From NCBI GenBank assembly GCA_965204725.1, contig OZ242005.1, forward strand, positions 5,216,001 to 5,280,000: DNA of 64,000 bases, read 5' to 3'. The notes beneath the pieces were generated by a model. The model was not told the origin of the DNA and did not search any database. It was given only the letters and a program-made list of their open reading frames with translations. Positions 8,620 through 21,347 of the stretch are shown piece by piece; the first letter of the stretch is position 1, and each line of letters begins with the position of its first letter. The DNA is from Candidatus Latescibacterota bacterium. Its GTDB lineage: Bacteria > Latescibacterota > UBA2968 > UBA8231. The position numbers and the translations under genes are program-made.

Positions 8620-11508
8620 ATGCCCCTCCTATACGCGCTCTTCTTTCTCGCCTTGGCCGAGGCCCTGCCCGCACAATACAAACTGCTGCACGGCCCAGAC
8701 CCCAAAGACCCCATGCAGGCCCACATCTACCAGTTGGACAATGGCCTGACGGTCTATTTGACCCAAAACAAAGAGGAGCCGCGCTTTTACGCCGAAATCG
8801 CCGTGCGCGCTGGTTCCAAGCACGACCCCCAAGACGCCACCGGCATTGCCCACTATCTGGAGCACATGCTCTTCAAGGGCAGCCAAAAAATCGGCACCCT
8901 CGACTACGAAAAGGAGCAGGTTCACCTCGACCGGATCGAAGCACTCTACGAGCAGCACTTTGGCGAGACCGATCCAGAAAAAAGGGCCGCGATCTACGCC
9001 CAGATCAACGCCGAGAACCAACTTGCCGCGGCCTACGCCATTCCCAATGAACTCGACCGCCTCTACACCGCGATGGGCGAGCGCGGGCTCAACGCCCACA
9101 CTTGGGTCGAGGAAACCGTCTATAAGGTGGAACTGCCAGCCAATCGCCTAGCGCAATGGGCCAAGACCGAGGCCGAGCGCTTCCACGAGCCCGTTTTCCG
9201 CCTCTTCCAAACCGAGTTGGAAACCGTCTATGAAGAGAAAAACCGCTCCCTCGACAACAAAGGCCGCGTCATCCGCAAGGCCGTGCAGGAGCAGTTCTAC
9301 AAAGCCCATCCCTACCGCGTCCCCACGCTGGGCACCGTAGAGCACCTGAAAAACCCCTCGCTAAAGCGCATGTACGAGTTCTACCACTCGTACTACGTGC
9401 CCAACAACATGGCGATCTTCATCTCGGGCGACATCGATCTCGACGAGACCATCCAGCTTATCGAGCGCGAATTTTCTCTTTGGGAACGCAGGGAACTTCC
9501 GCCCTTTCCCGCCTACCCAGAGCCGGCACTCAATCAAGTGGAACGAGTCGAGGTGCAGTACCCGGGCGAGGAATACGTGCTTTTGGCCTTTCGCACCGCC
9601 CAGCGCATGCACGAGGACGCCGAGGCCCTGCAAATCCTCGATATGATCCTCGACAACGCCACGGCCGGGCTGATCAACCTCAATCTCAATCAGCAGCAGA
9701 AGGTGCGCGAAGCCGGCTCCTATCCTTACCTACTCAACGACTACGGCACCCAGTACTTGTGGGGCATTCCCAAACAGGGCCAGACCCTTGAGGAGGTCGA
9801 GGCCCTGCTGTTGGAGCAGATCGACCTGATCAAGGAGGGGCAATTCGACGATTGGATCATCCCGGCCATTGTCACCGATTTCACGAAGAGCGTAAAGCAA
9901 GGGCAGGAAAGCAACAGTTCTCGGGTCAGCTTTATGCGCGATTCGTATCTCGGGTTTGAGGAATGGAGCCACGCGGTGCGCGCCCTCGACCGCATGGGCA
10001 AAATCGACAAGCGACGTATTGTCGAAGTCGCCAACAGCTATTTCAACGGAGGGTATGTCGCTGGCTATCGCCGCGATGGCGAGCAGGACATACCCGAGAT
10101 TGCCAAGCCGCCGATCGACAAAATCGACATCGACGCCGCGCGCCAATCGGCCTTTTTCGCCGAGATCATGGCCATGCCCTTTGCGGAGATTGAGCCGACC
10201 TACCTCGTGCCCGAGCGCGACTTTACCACCCGTGAGCTAGCGGGCGGCAACAAGCTCTACTACGCCCGCAACCCGCTCAACGACCTCTTCGACTTTTCCA
10301 TCGCGATCGACATCGGCTCCCTAGCCGAAAATCGCCTCCCCATAGCCCGCGAGTTGCTCGACAAGTCGGGGACTGCGCGTTTTACCTCCGAAGTGCTGAA
10401 AAAGGAGTGGTACAAGTTGGGCACCAACTTTAGGATGAGCGTCGGCGACCAAGAGACCACGATTTCCATCGCGGGCCTCGACGACAACTTCGCCGCGTCG
10501 CTCGCCTTGTTGTCCGAACTGATGCGCGGCCCAACCACGGACGACGCCACGCTCGCCGAGCTTCAGGCCATCATCATCGATCGTCGCGACGACGCGCTCA
10601 AGGACCATCGCACCATTCACGAAGCACTCTACCGCTACCACCGCTTAGGCGACCGGGCGTACTACCGCCGAGTGTTGTCCAACGAGGAAGTCCGCGCTCT
10701 GGAGCGCCAAGAGCTTCTGGACCTACTCAGCGGCTTGCTCGCCTATCGCCAGACCCTCAGCTACACCGGGTCGCAAACCATCGAGGACGTACAAGCGATC
10801 CTCGCCCAGCACTATTCATTGCCGGCGTCGCCGGTCGAGCCGCCGCCCTATCAGGTCCTAGATTTTACCCAGCCCGAAAAAACCCAGATTTACTTCTTTG
10901 ACAAGGAAATGGCCCAAGCCCTAGTGCGGATCGAATACGTGGACGTACCCTACCAAGCGGCGCTGGAGCCAGCCATCGAGCTATTCAACGACTACTTCTA
11001 CGGCGGCATGGCTGGCATTGTATTCCAAGAAATCCGCGAAGCGCGCGCCCTTGCGTACTCGGTGGGTGCGCTCTACTTCAACGGCCGCGACCAAGCCGAC
11101 TACAACTACATGGTCGGCGGCATGGGCACTCAAGCCGACAAGACGCCCGAGGCGGTTGCGGCCTTCGTCGGCTTGCTCGACGACATGCCGGCCTCGCCCG
11201 AGCGCTTTGCCTCGGCCCAGCTTTCAGTGCTCAACAAGTACCGCACGGAACGGCTCGGGTTCCGCTCGGTGCTGGGGGCCGTGCGCGGCTGGGAGCGCAA
11301 GGGGCTGGCCGGCGACCCGCGCGCTGGGCGTTTTGTGCAGATCCAAGCCAGCCACCTCGACGAGGTGCTCGAATTTTACCGCCAGCACGTCGAGGGCCGC
11401 CCCAAGCTGATTTCGATCACGGGCGACAAGAGCAAAATGGACTTAGAGGCCCTAGCCGCGCAGGGCGAGCTCATCGAACTGGGCTTGGGGGACCTGTTCG
11501 CCTTCTGA
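8620..11508 (+). CDS. M16-family (insulinase/pitrilysin-like) zinc peptidase, exported
   Basis: Signal peptide, inverted zinc motif HYLEH (HxxEH), LNAHT, YYVPNNMAI, IREARALAYS. Confidence 0.92.
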   Translation: MPLLYALFFLALAEALPAQYKLLHGPDPKDPMQAHIYQLDNGLTVYLTQNKEEPRFYAEIAVRAGSKHDPQDATGIAHYLEHMLFKGSQKIGTLDYEKEQVHLDRIEALYEQHFGETDPEKRAAIYAQINAENQLAAAYAIPNELDRLYTAMGERGLNAHTWVEETVYKVELPANRLAQWAKTEAERFHEPVFRLFQTELETVYEEKNRSLDNKGRVIRKAVQEQFYKAHPYRVPTLGTVEHLKNPSLKRMYEFYHSYYVPNNMAIFISGDIDLDETIQLIEREFSLWERRELPPFPAYPEPALNQVERVEVQYPGEEYVLLAFRTAQRMHEDAEALQILDMILDNATAGLINLNLNQQQKVREAGSYPYLLNDYGTQYLWGIPKQGQTLEEVEALLLEQIDLIKEGQFDDWIIPAIVTDFTKSVKQGQESNSSRVSFMRDSYLGFEEWSHAVRALDRMGKIDKRRIVEVANSYFNGGYVAGYRRDGEQDIPEIAKPPIDKIDIDAARQSAFFAEIMAMPFAEIEPTYLVPERDFTTRELAGGNKLYYARNPLNDLFDFSIAIDIGSLAENRLPIARELLDKSGTARFTSEVLKKEWYKLGTNFRMSVGDQETTISIAGLDDNFAASLALLSELMRGPTTDDATLAELQAIIIDRRDDALKDHRTIHEALYRYHRLGDRAYYRRVLSNEEVRALERQELLDLLSGLLAYRQTLSYTGSQTIEDVQAILAQHYSLPASPVEPPPYQVLDFTQPEKTQIYFFDKEMAQALVRIEYVDVPYQAALEPAIELFNDYFYGGMAGIVFQEIREARALAYSVGALYFNGRDQADYNYMVGGMGTQADKTPEAVAAFVGLLDDMPASPERFASAQLSVLNKYRTERLGFRSVLGAVRGWERKGLAGDPRAGRFVQIQASHLDEVLEFYRQHVEGRPKLISITGDKSKMDLEALAAQGELIELGLGDLFAF

Positions 11509-11514
11509 GTCCTG

Positions 11515-11543
11515 TTGACAAAGCTCGCCCCACCGCCTAGCTT
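11515..11543 (+). promoter_or_regulatory. sigma70-type promoter for tRNA-Met
   Basis: TTGACA-17 nt-TAGCTT followed by a GC-rich discriminator. Confidence 0.65.
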
Positions 11544-11558
11544 GTACGGCGCGTTTTT

Positions 11559-11635
11559 GGCGGCGTAGCTCAGTTGGTTAGAGCAGTGGAATCATAATCC
11601 ATGGGTCGGGGGTTCGAGTCCCTTCGCCGCTACCA
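11559..11635 (+). tRNA. tRNA with CAT anticodon, probably elongator tRNA-Met
   Basis: GGCGGCGTAGCTCAGTTGGTTAGAGCAGTGGAATCATAATCCAT...GGTTCGAGTCCCTTCGCCGCTACCA; lacks the initiator C1:A72 mismatch; Ile2 not strictly excluded. Confidence 0.92.
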
Positions 11636-11644
11636 TTTTCACAC

Positions 11645-11689
11645 AGAAGGCACTTGCGAATGAATGCAATCGCAAGTGCCTTTTGCTTT
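11645..11689 (+). terminator. Intrinsic terminator after tRNA-Met
   Basis: AAGGCACTTGCGA...TCGCAAGTGCCTT stem followed by a T-rich tract. Confidence 0.8.
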
Positions 11690-11724
11690 GCGGGTACTCC
11701 CTTACTACACGACACGACACCAAA

Positions 11725-11771
11725 GGATCGAGGGCATCTTGCCCTCGTCGAGGGCGGGACGCCCTCGATCC
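11725..11771. repeat. Nested imperfect inverted repeat (REP-like or terminator)
   Basis: GGATCGAGGGCATCTTGCCCTC-gtc-GAGGGCGGGACGCCCTCGATCC. Confidence 0.6.
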
Positions 11772-11810
11772 CGGACGTAGCGGCATTTCTGCGCCGACGA
11801 TGACGACGGC

Positions 11811-14711
11811 TCAAAACTCCGTGAAAACCACCGCCTCAAGGCGCGAATCCCCTTCGTCAAAACGGTAGGCGTAGCGCATGCCCATATCGAGCGGAATCGG
11901 CAGCGAAAAAGGGTAGAAATTCGTCGTTAGCTCGGCCCCGGTTGATTGGTAGATTGCAGGGGGCTGGGCGTCGTCCTCGCCGCGGCCGTAGTCGTAAAAG
12001 AGATTGGCCTTGACGCGCTTGAAATACAACAACGCCCCCAAGTTCCAGTCCGGGTAAAACAGCGGCAGCGCGTAGCTGACTGCCCCTTGGTAGAAGCGGC
12101 GGTGAAACTCGTACCCGTAGCCGCGGACAAAGGGCTGTTCGCTTGCAAAGCGGTAGGGATGGGCATCGGCTTGGGCTGCGGCCGGCTCCTGTCGTTCGAA
12201 AGCACCCGCCAAGCGCAAGCTGTGGTGGGCCGCCAGACCGGGGACGAGAAACTCTAAGCGTCCCGACAGCAAAGTGCCGTCGTAGTCGCCGGCAAGGGGC
12301 GTGTGGCGGTAGATCAATCGCAGGCTCTGGCCCCACGCCGGGACCAGATCGCGCACCGCCGCCTGACGCCCCCGCCGAAAGGTTAGCTGGTACGTCAGCG
12401 GCGCGAAGCGTCCGTTGTGGTTTTTGGTCACCACATCTTTTACTTCTTGCTTCGCGCTGCTTGCATTGGGCCAGTAGAGGTCGTCCGCGGGCCGGTTGAG
12501 ATGGTTCCGTCCGGCGATATCGATCCATTCGGCCTGTGCGCTCAAACGGGCCACAGCCCAATAGGGGCCGCGAGAAAAATTTAACGGCAGTTCGACGCCG
12601 ATTCGCAGGCTTTTTTCCGTCCACTTATCGGTTATTTCTCGCTCTTGGACCGCGAAGCTGCCGTCTTTGGCTTCCCTCGTTTTGGTCGCGTAGTCTTCGG
12701 CCCGCTCGCCCCAACGCCCGCCCACCCTGAAAACGGGATACCACGCCGCCAAGCTGAAATCGCCTAAAGCACTGAAGGCGCGCTCGTTGCTGTTGTATTC
12801 GACCCCGCCGCTCAGGCTGCTGAGATCGAGCAAGTCGCTGGACAGGAGACTGAGGCCATAGCGCGGCGCAGAGGGTGAGAGTGACCAGCTGTGGATCTGG
12901 AGCAGATGGCCCAGCGGCCGATAGCGGCTCACCGGGTAAGCCCGCTGCGGAATATCCGCCAATACGGAGCCGCCCTGCTCTTGGTCAATCAGGGGTTCCC
13001 AATAGCGCACTTGGCGGTCCGCGCCCTGCTCGACCGGAGTCCAAGCCGCCGGGTCCAAAGCCATGACCGCGATGCGGTAGCCGTCAACTGTGTATTCCTC
13101 GAACCACAGTGAATCGCCGGCCACGGCCGCGTGGCTGGCCGCCAGCGGTCGAGCGGTCACCGCGTAGCGGGCCGCGCTGGGCAGGTGAACGGCGTGGATG
13201 TTGTCGATGCCAGCATGAGGAGCGTCGAACAGCAGGTAGGAACCCCAGAAGACCGGCCAGCCAATGTCGGCGCGGGTGTGCGGTAACACGATCGCCCCGT
13301 TGCCATCGGCCACGGCAATGCGTTCGAGCGCGTTGCCGCGGTCGTCCTGCCGTACCACGGCGATATGACGCCCGTCCTCGGACCATGCCGGCGTGCGCCA
13401 AAACACTCCGTCGGGGGCCGGAAAACGAGCCTGCTCCGCGCCGCTGGTGGCCGCCAACAACACCAAGTGGCAGTGCCGATCCGGTCCGAATTCTATCGCG
13501 GCGACGCGCTCGCCATCGGGGGAAAGAGCGGGGGCGAACAACTTGGCCTTGTGGGTGAGTTGGCGCGTCTGGCCGCTGTCTATATCCAACACCACCACAT
13601 CGGAATAGTCGCGATAGCCCCAGCGCGGGTCCGGGGTGTAGCGGTTCCAGACCAGTTTGCCGCCGGCCGAGCGGATGCCGCCGAGGGATTGGTAAAAGCG
13701 CACGCGCTCTTCGCGGCCGTCGGGGTGTAGCCGCACCAGCGTCGGCGGGTCGGCCAAGCCGTGCTTACTCGCGAGTACGCTGCCATCGGCTAGCGGGTGC
13801 GGATATTTGTAGTTGGTCCAGATGCCCGACCGGCTCTGCCCAGCGAGCACCCGCAACGGCGTCGTGGGCAGGTCTTGCTGCTGCGCTCGCCATAGCCCGG
13901 CCAACTCGTCCATGGTCCGCTCGTACGTCTGGGCGGCACTGTCGCCGGTGTATTTCTTGAGCGCCCGGCTGAAGGCAAAGGGGTGAAAGCCCCAGCGGGC
14001 GGTGCGCCCCATCACTTGGTCCCAGACCTCCGGTCCGTGGCGGCGCTTGACGTAGGTCGTCATAAAATATCCCAACTCGTAGTGGCTGGGGTACCAATCG
14101 CGGTACGATCTGTGGAGGGCCTTGTAGTAGGAATAGTGCCGTCCCGCCAGCAGCAGGGCACGGATGTCCAGCGTGAACCGGGGCATGCGTCCGCGCCCGG
14201 TCTGGCTCAGCGCGGTCTCGATCCCCACCGCATCCCCCTCCCAGAACCACGGCGGTACCAACAAAGCACTCGCCACGGCTTGGCCTTGTTCGCCGGACAA
14301 GACCCACGCCAAGCGGACGAGGCCCCGGCGCATGCGGTCGAACTGCACCACGTGGCGCGTCTCGTGGATCGCCAGCAGTTGGTACCACTCGCCGCTGGAC
14401 AGCCCCGCGTTCTGGGGCGGGGTGCTGAACCACACACTGCGCCGCGGCATCAAGGAGACAAAGCCGTTGGCTTGGGTCGATTGGTTGGCCAGCACGACCT
14501 TTAGCGGTTTTTGCGGCCCCCGTAGCGTTTTGGAGACCGGCGCGTAGATGTGTTCGAGTGTATTGGCCACCCGCTGGGCGTCGGTGGTGATCGCCGCCGG
14601 GAAAACAACCGTGAATCGCTCCGTTTGGATCTGCTGCCAGTCCAAACCGGGCGGGTTTTGCGCGACCGCCGGGCCGACGATCAACGCAACCAGCACGACT
14701 GCTTTTAGCAT
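11811..14711 (-). CDS. Exported protein with a metallopeptidase-like domain, TolB-like beta-propeller and probable C-terminal beta-barrel
   Basis: Signal peptide, HETRH (HExxH) plus WFWEG, repeats PALSPDG/PAWSEDG, aromatic beta-strand-rich C-terminus ending in Phe. Confidence 0.7.
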   Translation of the reverse strand: MLKAVVLVALIVGPAVAQNPPGLDWQQIQTERFTVVFPAAITTDAQRVANTLEHIYAPVSKTLRGPQKPLKVVLANQSTQANGFVSLMPRRSVWFSTPPQNAGLSSGEWYQLLAIHETRHVVQFDRMRRGLVRLAWVLSGEQGQAVASALLVPPWFWEGDAVGIETALSQTGRGRMPRFTLDIRALLLAGRHYSYYKALHRSYRDWYPSHYELGYFMTTYVKRRHGPEVWDQVMGRTARWGFHPFAFSRALKKYTGDSAAQTYERTMDELAGLWRAQQQDLPTTPLRVLAGQSRSGIWTNYKYPHPLADGSVLASKHGLADPPTLVRLHPDGREERVRFYQSLGGIRSAGGKLVWNRYTPDPRWGYRDYSDVVVLDIDSGQTRQLTHKAKLFAPALSPDGERVAAIEFGPDRHCHLVLLAATSGAEQARFPAPDGVFWRTPAWSEDGRHIAVVRQDDRGNALERIAVADGNGAIVLPHTRADIGWPVFWGSYLLFDAPHAGIDNIHAVHLPSAARYAVTARPLAASHAAVAGDSLWFEEYTVDGYRIAVMALDPAAWTPVEQGADRQVRYWEPLIDQEQGGSVLADIPQRAYPVSRYRPLGHLLQIHSWSLSPSAPRYGLSLLSSDLLDLSSLSGGVEYNSNERAFSALGDFSLAAWYPVFRVGGRWGERAEDYATKTREAKDGSFAVQEREITDKWTEKSLRIGVELPLNFSRGPYWAVARLSAQAEWIDIAGRNHLNRPADDLYWPNASSAKQEVKDVVTKNHNGRFAPLTYQLTFRRGRQAAVRDLVPAWGQSLRLIYRHTPLAGDYDGTLLSGRLEFLVPGLAAHHSLRLAGAFERQEPAAAQADAHPYRFASEQPFVRGYGYEFHRRFYQGAVSYALPLFYPDWNLGALLYFKRVKANLFYDYGRGEDDAQPPAIYQSTGAELTTNFYPFSLPIPLDMGMRYAYRFDEGDSRLEAVVFTEF

Positions 14712-14784
14712 CCGCAAGCGCCTTTTGCTCAAAGTGGTTTCACAACTTGCAAGAGGTATGCGTTTTTTTAACTTTTTCCCCGTC

Positions 14785-17118
14785 ATGTATATTTCTCCGC
14801 TTCTCGTGAAAATCTGTCTATCCTGTGCTGTAATTCTCCAACTTTATGCCATAGGCGAGGCCGCTACTCTTACTGTAACTACATTGGATTCCCTGACACA
14901 AGAGCCGGTCAATGGGGTGTTCGTGAATGTTGCAGGATCGCCGTATATGTCAATAACAGACACTGAAGGAAAGGCTCGCCTTGAACTAGCTCCGGGGCAT
15001 ATATTGGTGCAGTACTCCCATATTGCCTATTCCAGCGGTGTTATGCAAACACACCTAGACTCATTAGGTTCGACTCTCCTGATCCTGCTGCAAACCCATC
15101 CAGTTGAAATTCCCGAGGTGATAATAAGCACTTCGGCCAGTACGCCAGAGCAGGGCAAGACCGACATCTCACTAATTGAACTGCGAAGATACCCTACCCC
15201 GACCAATGACCCTTTACGATACCTGAAAGTATTGCCCGGAGTTACCTCGGGCAACGACTTCAGCGGATTATACAATGTTCAAGGTGGCAATTACGACCAA
15301 AACCTCGTGTACATCAACGGGATTGAAATGGAACCACCACTTCTGCTACGGCGGGGTTTGGCGCAGACTCTTTCCATGTTGAATCCTGCAATGATTGATA
15401 GCATGACGTTTCGGACCATCTCTTTTCCCGTGTCGTTCGGAGATAAACTCAGCAGTCTGCTCGATGCCAATTACAAGCTGAATGCGGAGGAAAATAGAGG
15501 AACTTTAGATTTATCAGCAACAACTCAGAGCCTCACACTCCAAGGATACCTCGCTCAATCTCTCAATTTTATTAGCGGCATACGCTATTCCAATCTGAGC
15601 CGAAATTCTCGCGGCCTTCAAATTTCCGGCCAATTCGATCGGCGGTTTTGGGATTGGCAGACTCAGATAAGAGTCAAGTACCCCCGAATCGGCCAACTAA
15701 CACTCTATATGGCAACGCTCAGAAGCACCTTTGGCATGCGGCCAGAGGAAATTTTACTTCGCTACAACTGTCATGCTTTTCGTCAAAAGAGAATATGCGA
15801 TGAGTACCACGGTTTCGCGAGCGGACATGAGAACTTCACTTACGAGGACAATCTTCTCGGAATCTCTATGGAGCGAACAGCAAAACATGGGAGACTCAGA
15901 GTATATACCAATATAGTACACAAGAGAGAAGACGAAGACACCAATGTACAGTACGAAATTGAACCTAATAGTATTCAAAGCACGGAGGCATTCACCAACC
16001 AACTAAAACAGATAAAGGTCGAATCTGCAATAGTCGCATCAAAGGACGTAGGGGGATCACATTTCATAGTAGGGGCCGGTGCGAGATTTCTAAAGATCAA
16101 TGGTAGTGTAAACTCTTTTGAGGAAATTACATACAACCGCGGAAAATTCTTCTCGGAAGGCGTCAACTCAGCATTACAACGCAACTACAATGACAGGTTC
16201 TTCTATCTTCAAAGCCGACGCCAAGCTGGCCGCTTACAGACCGTCTGCGGAGTGCGCATCGCTCAGTTTGGGGCAACCGATGAGACCATTGTAATGCCGC
16301 GAATTAGTGCCAACTATCGGCTCTTTCCTCGTGTATCATGGACACTTGCAGCCGGGCGGTACGCACAACCACCTATATACAAGGAGTTCTTACGAGGTGG
16401 AGCGTCAAGAGAGAGCCTTAAATCTCAACGATCCGAGCAAGTAGGCACTGGGCTTGCCTACGAAATCCAAGAGTCGTTGTATTGGAACACCGAAATTTTC
16501 TATAGGTTCCAGTGGAGAATGATCTCTTACCAAATTGACGATCTTCGAATACGCTATTCAGGTGAGAATGATTCAAAAGGACGAGTCTTTGGGGTGAATT
16601 CGCAACTTAGAGGAAAGCTGAACAGTCTGATTGGAATTGTGAGCTATAGCTACTTGGTAGCGCGAGAGAACATTATTGGAGACGACCACGCCTATCTTCC
16701 GAGAGCAAACGACCAGCGTCATACGTTATCTATGTATCTCGAAGATAGGATGTTCCTAGATGTTTCGCGGATACGTTTTCTAGGGTACTCTCGATTTCAC
16801 CTTCGCGTTTTGTATGGGACCGGCTTTCCACACACACCAAAGGTCGTAGCCGCATCGGAAGATGGCCGCCCACAATTAACTGACGGCCCACGCAACAGGG
16901 TACGAGATAGACCGTATTTTAGATTTGACGTCGGGATGACTCAATCGACTCGCTTGTGGCGGAAGACGCTTCATCTCCGGGAAGAAATAGCAAATGTGTT
17001 CGATCAGCATAACGTCTTAGGCTATTCTTACTTTCCATCGTCAAGTGGAAAGCCAATTGAACTCCGTAGATCGCTAGGGCGTCGGGTTTACAACGTTTCC
17101 GCGTCTATGGAATTTTAA
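14785..17118 (+). CDS. TonB-dependent receptor-like outer-membrane protein with an N-terminal carboxypeptidase-regulatory-like domain
   Basis: DPLRYLKVLPGV, YNVQGGNYDQNLVYINGIE plug motifs, GDKLSS, ANVFD, terminal Phe; visibly lower GC than its flanks. Confidence 0.85.
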   Translation: MYISPLLVKICLSCAVILQLYAIGEAATLTVTTLDSLTQEPVNGVFVNVAGSPYMSITDTEGKARLELAPGHILVQYSHIAYSSGVMQTHLDSLGSTLLILLQTHPVEIPEVIISTSASTPEQGKTDISLIELRRYPTPTNDPLRYLKVLPGVTSGNDFSGLYNVQGGNYDQNLVYINGIEMEPPLLLRRGLAQTLSMLNPAMIDSMTFRTISFPVSFGDKLSSLLDANYKLNAEENRGTLDLSATTQSLTLQGYLAQSLNFISGIRYSNLSRNSRGLQISGQFDRRFWDWQTQIRVKYPRIGQLTLYMATLRSTFGMRPEEILLRYNCHAFRQKRICDEYHGFASGHENFTYEDNLLGISMERTAKHGRLRVYTNIVHKREDEDTNVQYEIEPNSIQSTEAFTNQLKQIKVESAIVASKDVGGSHFIVGAGARFLKINGSVNSFEEITYNRGKFFSEGVNSALQRNYNDRFFYLQSRRQAGRLQTVCGVRIAQFGATDETIVMPRISANYRLFPRVSWTLAAGRYAQPPIYKEFLRGGASRESLKSQRSEQVGTGLAYEIQESLYWNTEIFYRFQWRMISYQIDDLRIRYSGENDSKGRVFGVNSQLRGKLNSLIGIVSYSYLVARENIIGDDHAYLPRANDQRHTLSMYLEDRMFLDVSRIRFLGYSRFHLRVLYGTGFPHTPKVVAASEDGRPQLTDGPRNRVRDRPYFRFDVGMTQSTRLWRKTLHLREEIANVFDQHNVLGYSYFPSSSGKPIELRRSLGRRVYNVSASMEF

Positions 17119-17516
17119 CTGCCGATGCGAATGCGGTTGACCGCCCGTGCGAGTGCCGCCTGTGCCCGCGCTACATCGACCTGCTCCTCCTGCACCCGTG
17201 CCAACCGTTCCTCAGCCCGCCGCCTCGCCGCCTCGGCCCGCTCGACGTCGATATCCTCAATGCGCTCGGCCGCCTCGGCTAGCACCGCAACCTGCGTGCG
17301 CCCAACCTCAACAAAACCGCCGCTAATAGCCATTTGGACCGTGCTGCCGTTCTCCTCGACACAGCGCAACCGCCCGACCTGCAATGCGGTCAAAAGCGGT
17401 ATGTGCCCGGCGAGGACGCCAAAGCTGCCCTCGCTACCGGGTGCTTGCAGGCTGGAAACCTGCCCCGAGTAAGCCACCCGCTCGGGCGTGACGACCTCTA
17501 AGGCGAAGGCGGGCAT
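17115..17516 (-). CDS. atpC: F1 ATP synthase epsilon subunit
   Basis: LEVVTPER, G.FGVLAGHIP, ISGGFVEV. Confidence 0.96.
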   Translation of the reverse strand: MPAFALEVVTPERVAYSGQVSSLQAPGSEGSFGVLAGHIPLLTALQVGRLRCVEENGSTVQMAISGGFVEVGRTQVAVLAEAAERIEDIDVERAEAARRRAEERLARVQEEQVDVARAQAALARAVNRIRIGS

Positions 17517-17519
17517 GAG

Positions 17520-19797
<2,278 letters not shown>

Positions 19798-19805
19798 AGC
19801 CCAGC

Positions 19806-21332
19806 CTATGCCTCGGAGGGACGGAAACGGCCCTTGAACTCCGCGATGGCGGCGTCTAGCTGGGCCTTGGTGTCGTCGCTCAGATCGCGGGTCTGCTCAA
19901 TTTTGGCCATGAGCGCGGGCTGGTGGTCGCGCAGGTGCGCTAGCAGTTCCTCCTCAAAGCGGCTCAAGTCGGCCGTAGGCAGGTCGAGCACGTGATCTAT
20001 GATGGATAGCGCGACGGTCAGTTCCGCGAGCGCGAGCGGCCGGTACTGCCCCTGCTTGAGCAGTTCCATCAGCTTCTCGCCGCGGTTGAGCAGATTGCGC
20101 GTGGCTTGGTCTAAATCCGAGGTGCCGAACTGGGCGAAGGCTTTGACTTCGTTGTACCGGGAAATGTCGCCCTTGATGGTCTTGGCCACCGCCTTCATGG
20201 CCTTGGTCTGCGCGGCCGACCCCACCCGCGACACCGAGGCCCCCACATCCATCGCCGGGCGGTTGCCCGAATAGAAGAGCTCGGGCTTGAGCAGAATTTG
20301 GCCATCGGTGATCGAGATGACATTAGTCGGCACAAAGGTCGATACGTCGCCTTCGAGAATTTCGATTACCGGCAGCGCGGTCAGCGACCCGCCGCCCTTT
20401 TCGTCGCTCATCTTGGCCGCACGCTCCAAAAGCCGCGAATGCAAGTAGAATACGTCGCCGGGATACGCTTCGCGCCCGGGCGGGCGGCGCAAAACCAAGG
20501 ACATCTCGCGGTACGCCCAAGCCTGCTTGGACAAGTCGTCGTAAATGATGAGCGCGTGTTGGCCGCGGTCGCGGAAAAACTCGCCCATCGAAGCTCCGGC
20601 GTAGGGCGCGAGAAACTGCAAGGGCGCCGGGTCGGACGCCGTGGCCGATACGACGATGGTGTAGTCGAGCGCACCGTTGGCCTCCAACTCGGCCACTACC
20701 TTCGCCACGGTCGAGGCCTTTTGGCCGATGGCCACATAGATGCACTGGACGTCTTGGTGGCGCTGGTTGATGATGGTATCAACGGCAATGGCTGTCTTGC
20801 CGGTCTGGCGGTCGCCGATGATTAGCTCGCGCTGGCCGCGGCCGATGGGGACGGTCGAGTCGATGATTTTAATGCCCGTCTGTAGGGCCTCGCTAACCGG
20901 CTGGCGGTCGATGACGCCCGGGGCTTTGCGCTCGACCGGCAAGCTCTCATCGGCCTCGATGTCGCCCTTGCCGTCAATGGGCCGGCCCAAGGGATTGACG
21001 ACCCGGCCCAAGAGCGCCTCGCCCACCGGCACCTCCACGATGCGGCCGGTGCGCTTTACTTGGTCGCCTTCGTTGATCAGGGTGTCCTCGCCGAAGAGCA
21101 CACAGCCGACGTTGTCTTCTTCGAGGTTGAGGGACATGCCCATAATGCCGTGGGGGAATTCGACCAATTCAGTGGCCCGCACGTTGCTCAGGCCGTGGAC
21201 GCGAGCCGTGCCATCCCCAACGTAGAGCACCGTGCCCGTCTCGTATATATCTACTTCTTTTTCAAAGCCCAGTAACTGTTGCTTGAGAATTTGGGAAATC
21301 TCATCGGGCTGAACGATCGTTTCGGTCGCCAT
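19806..21332 (-). CDS. atpA: F1 ATP synthase alpha subunit
   Basis: [23 protein letters not shown]. Confidence 0.98.
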   Translation of the reverse strand: MATETIVQPDEISQILKQQLLGFEKEVDIYETGTVLYVGDGTARVHGLSNVRATELVEFPHGIMGMSLNLEEDNVGCVLFGEDTLINEGDQVKRTGRIVEVPVGEALLGRVVNPLGRPIDGKGDIEADESLPVERKAPGVIDRQPVSEALQTGIKIIDSTVPIGRGQRELIIGDRQTGKTAIAVDTIINQRHQDVQCIYVAIGQKASTVAKVVAELEANGALDYTIVVSATASDPAPLQFLAPYAGASMGEFFRDRGQHALIIYDDLSKQAWAYREMSLVLRRPPGREAYPGDVFYLHSRLLERAAKMSDEKGGGSLTALPVIEILEGDVSTFVPTNVISITDGQILLKPELFYSGNRPAMDVGASVSRVGSAAQTKAMKAVAKTIKGDISRYNEVKAFAQFGTSDLDQATRNLLNRGEKLMELLKQGQYRPLALAELTVALSIIDHVLDLPTADLSRFEEELLAHLRDHQPALMAKIEQTRDLSDDTKAQLDAAIAEFKGRFRPSEA

Positions 21333-21347
21333 AAACCCTCCTGCTGA

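Noticed and set aside
14548-14786. Apparent head-to-head overlap of the two outer-membrane genes
   Set aside because: Signal-peptide starts at 14711 (-) and 14785 (+) remove the overlap
11559-17118. tRNA-Met as the integration site for the neighbouring low-GC gene
   Set aside because: No duplicated tRNA 3' end or integrase seen, and the intervening gene has host-like composition
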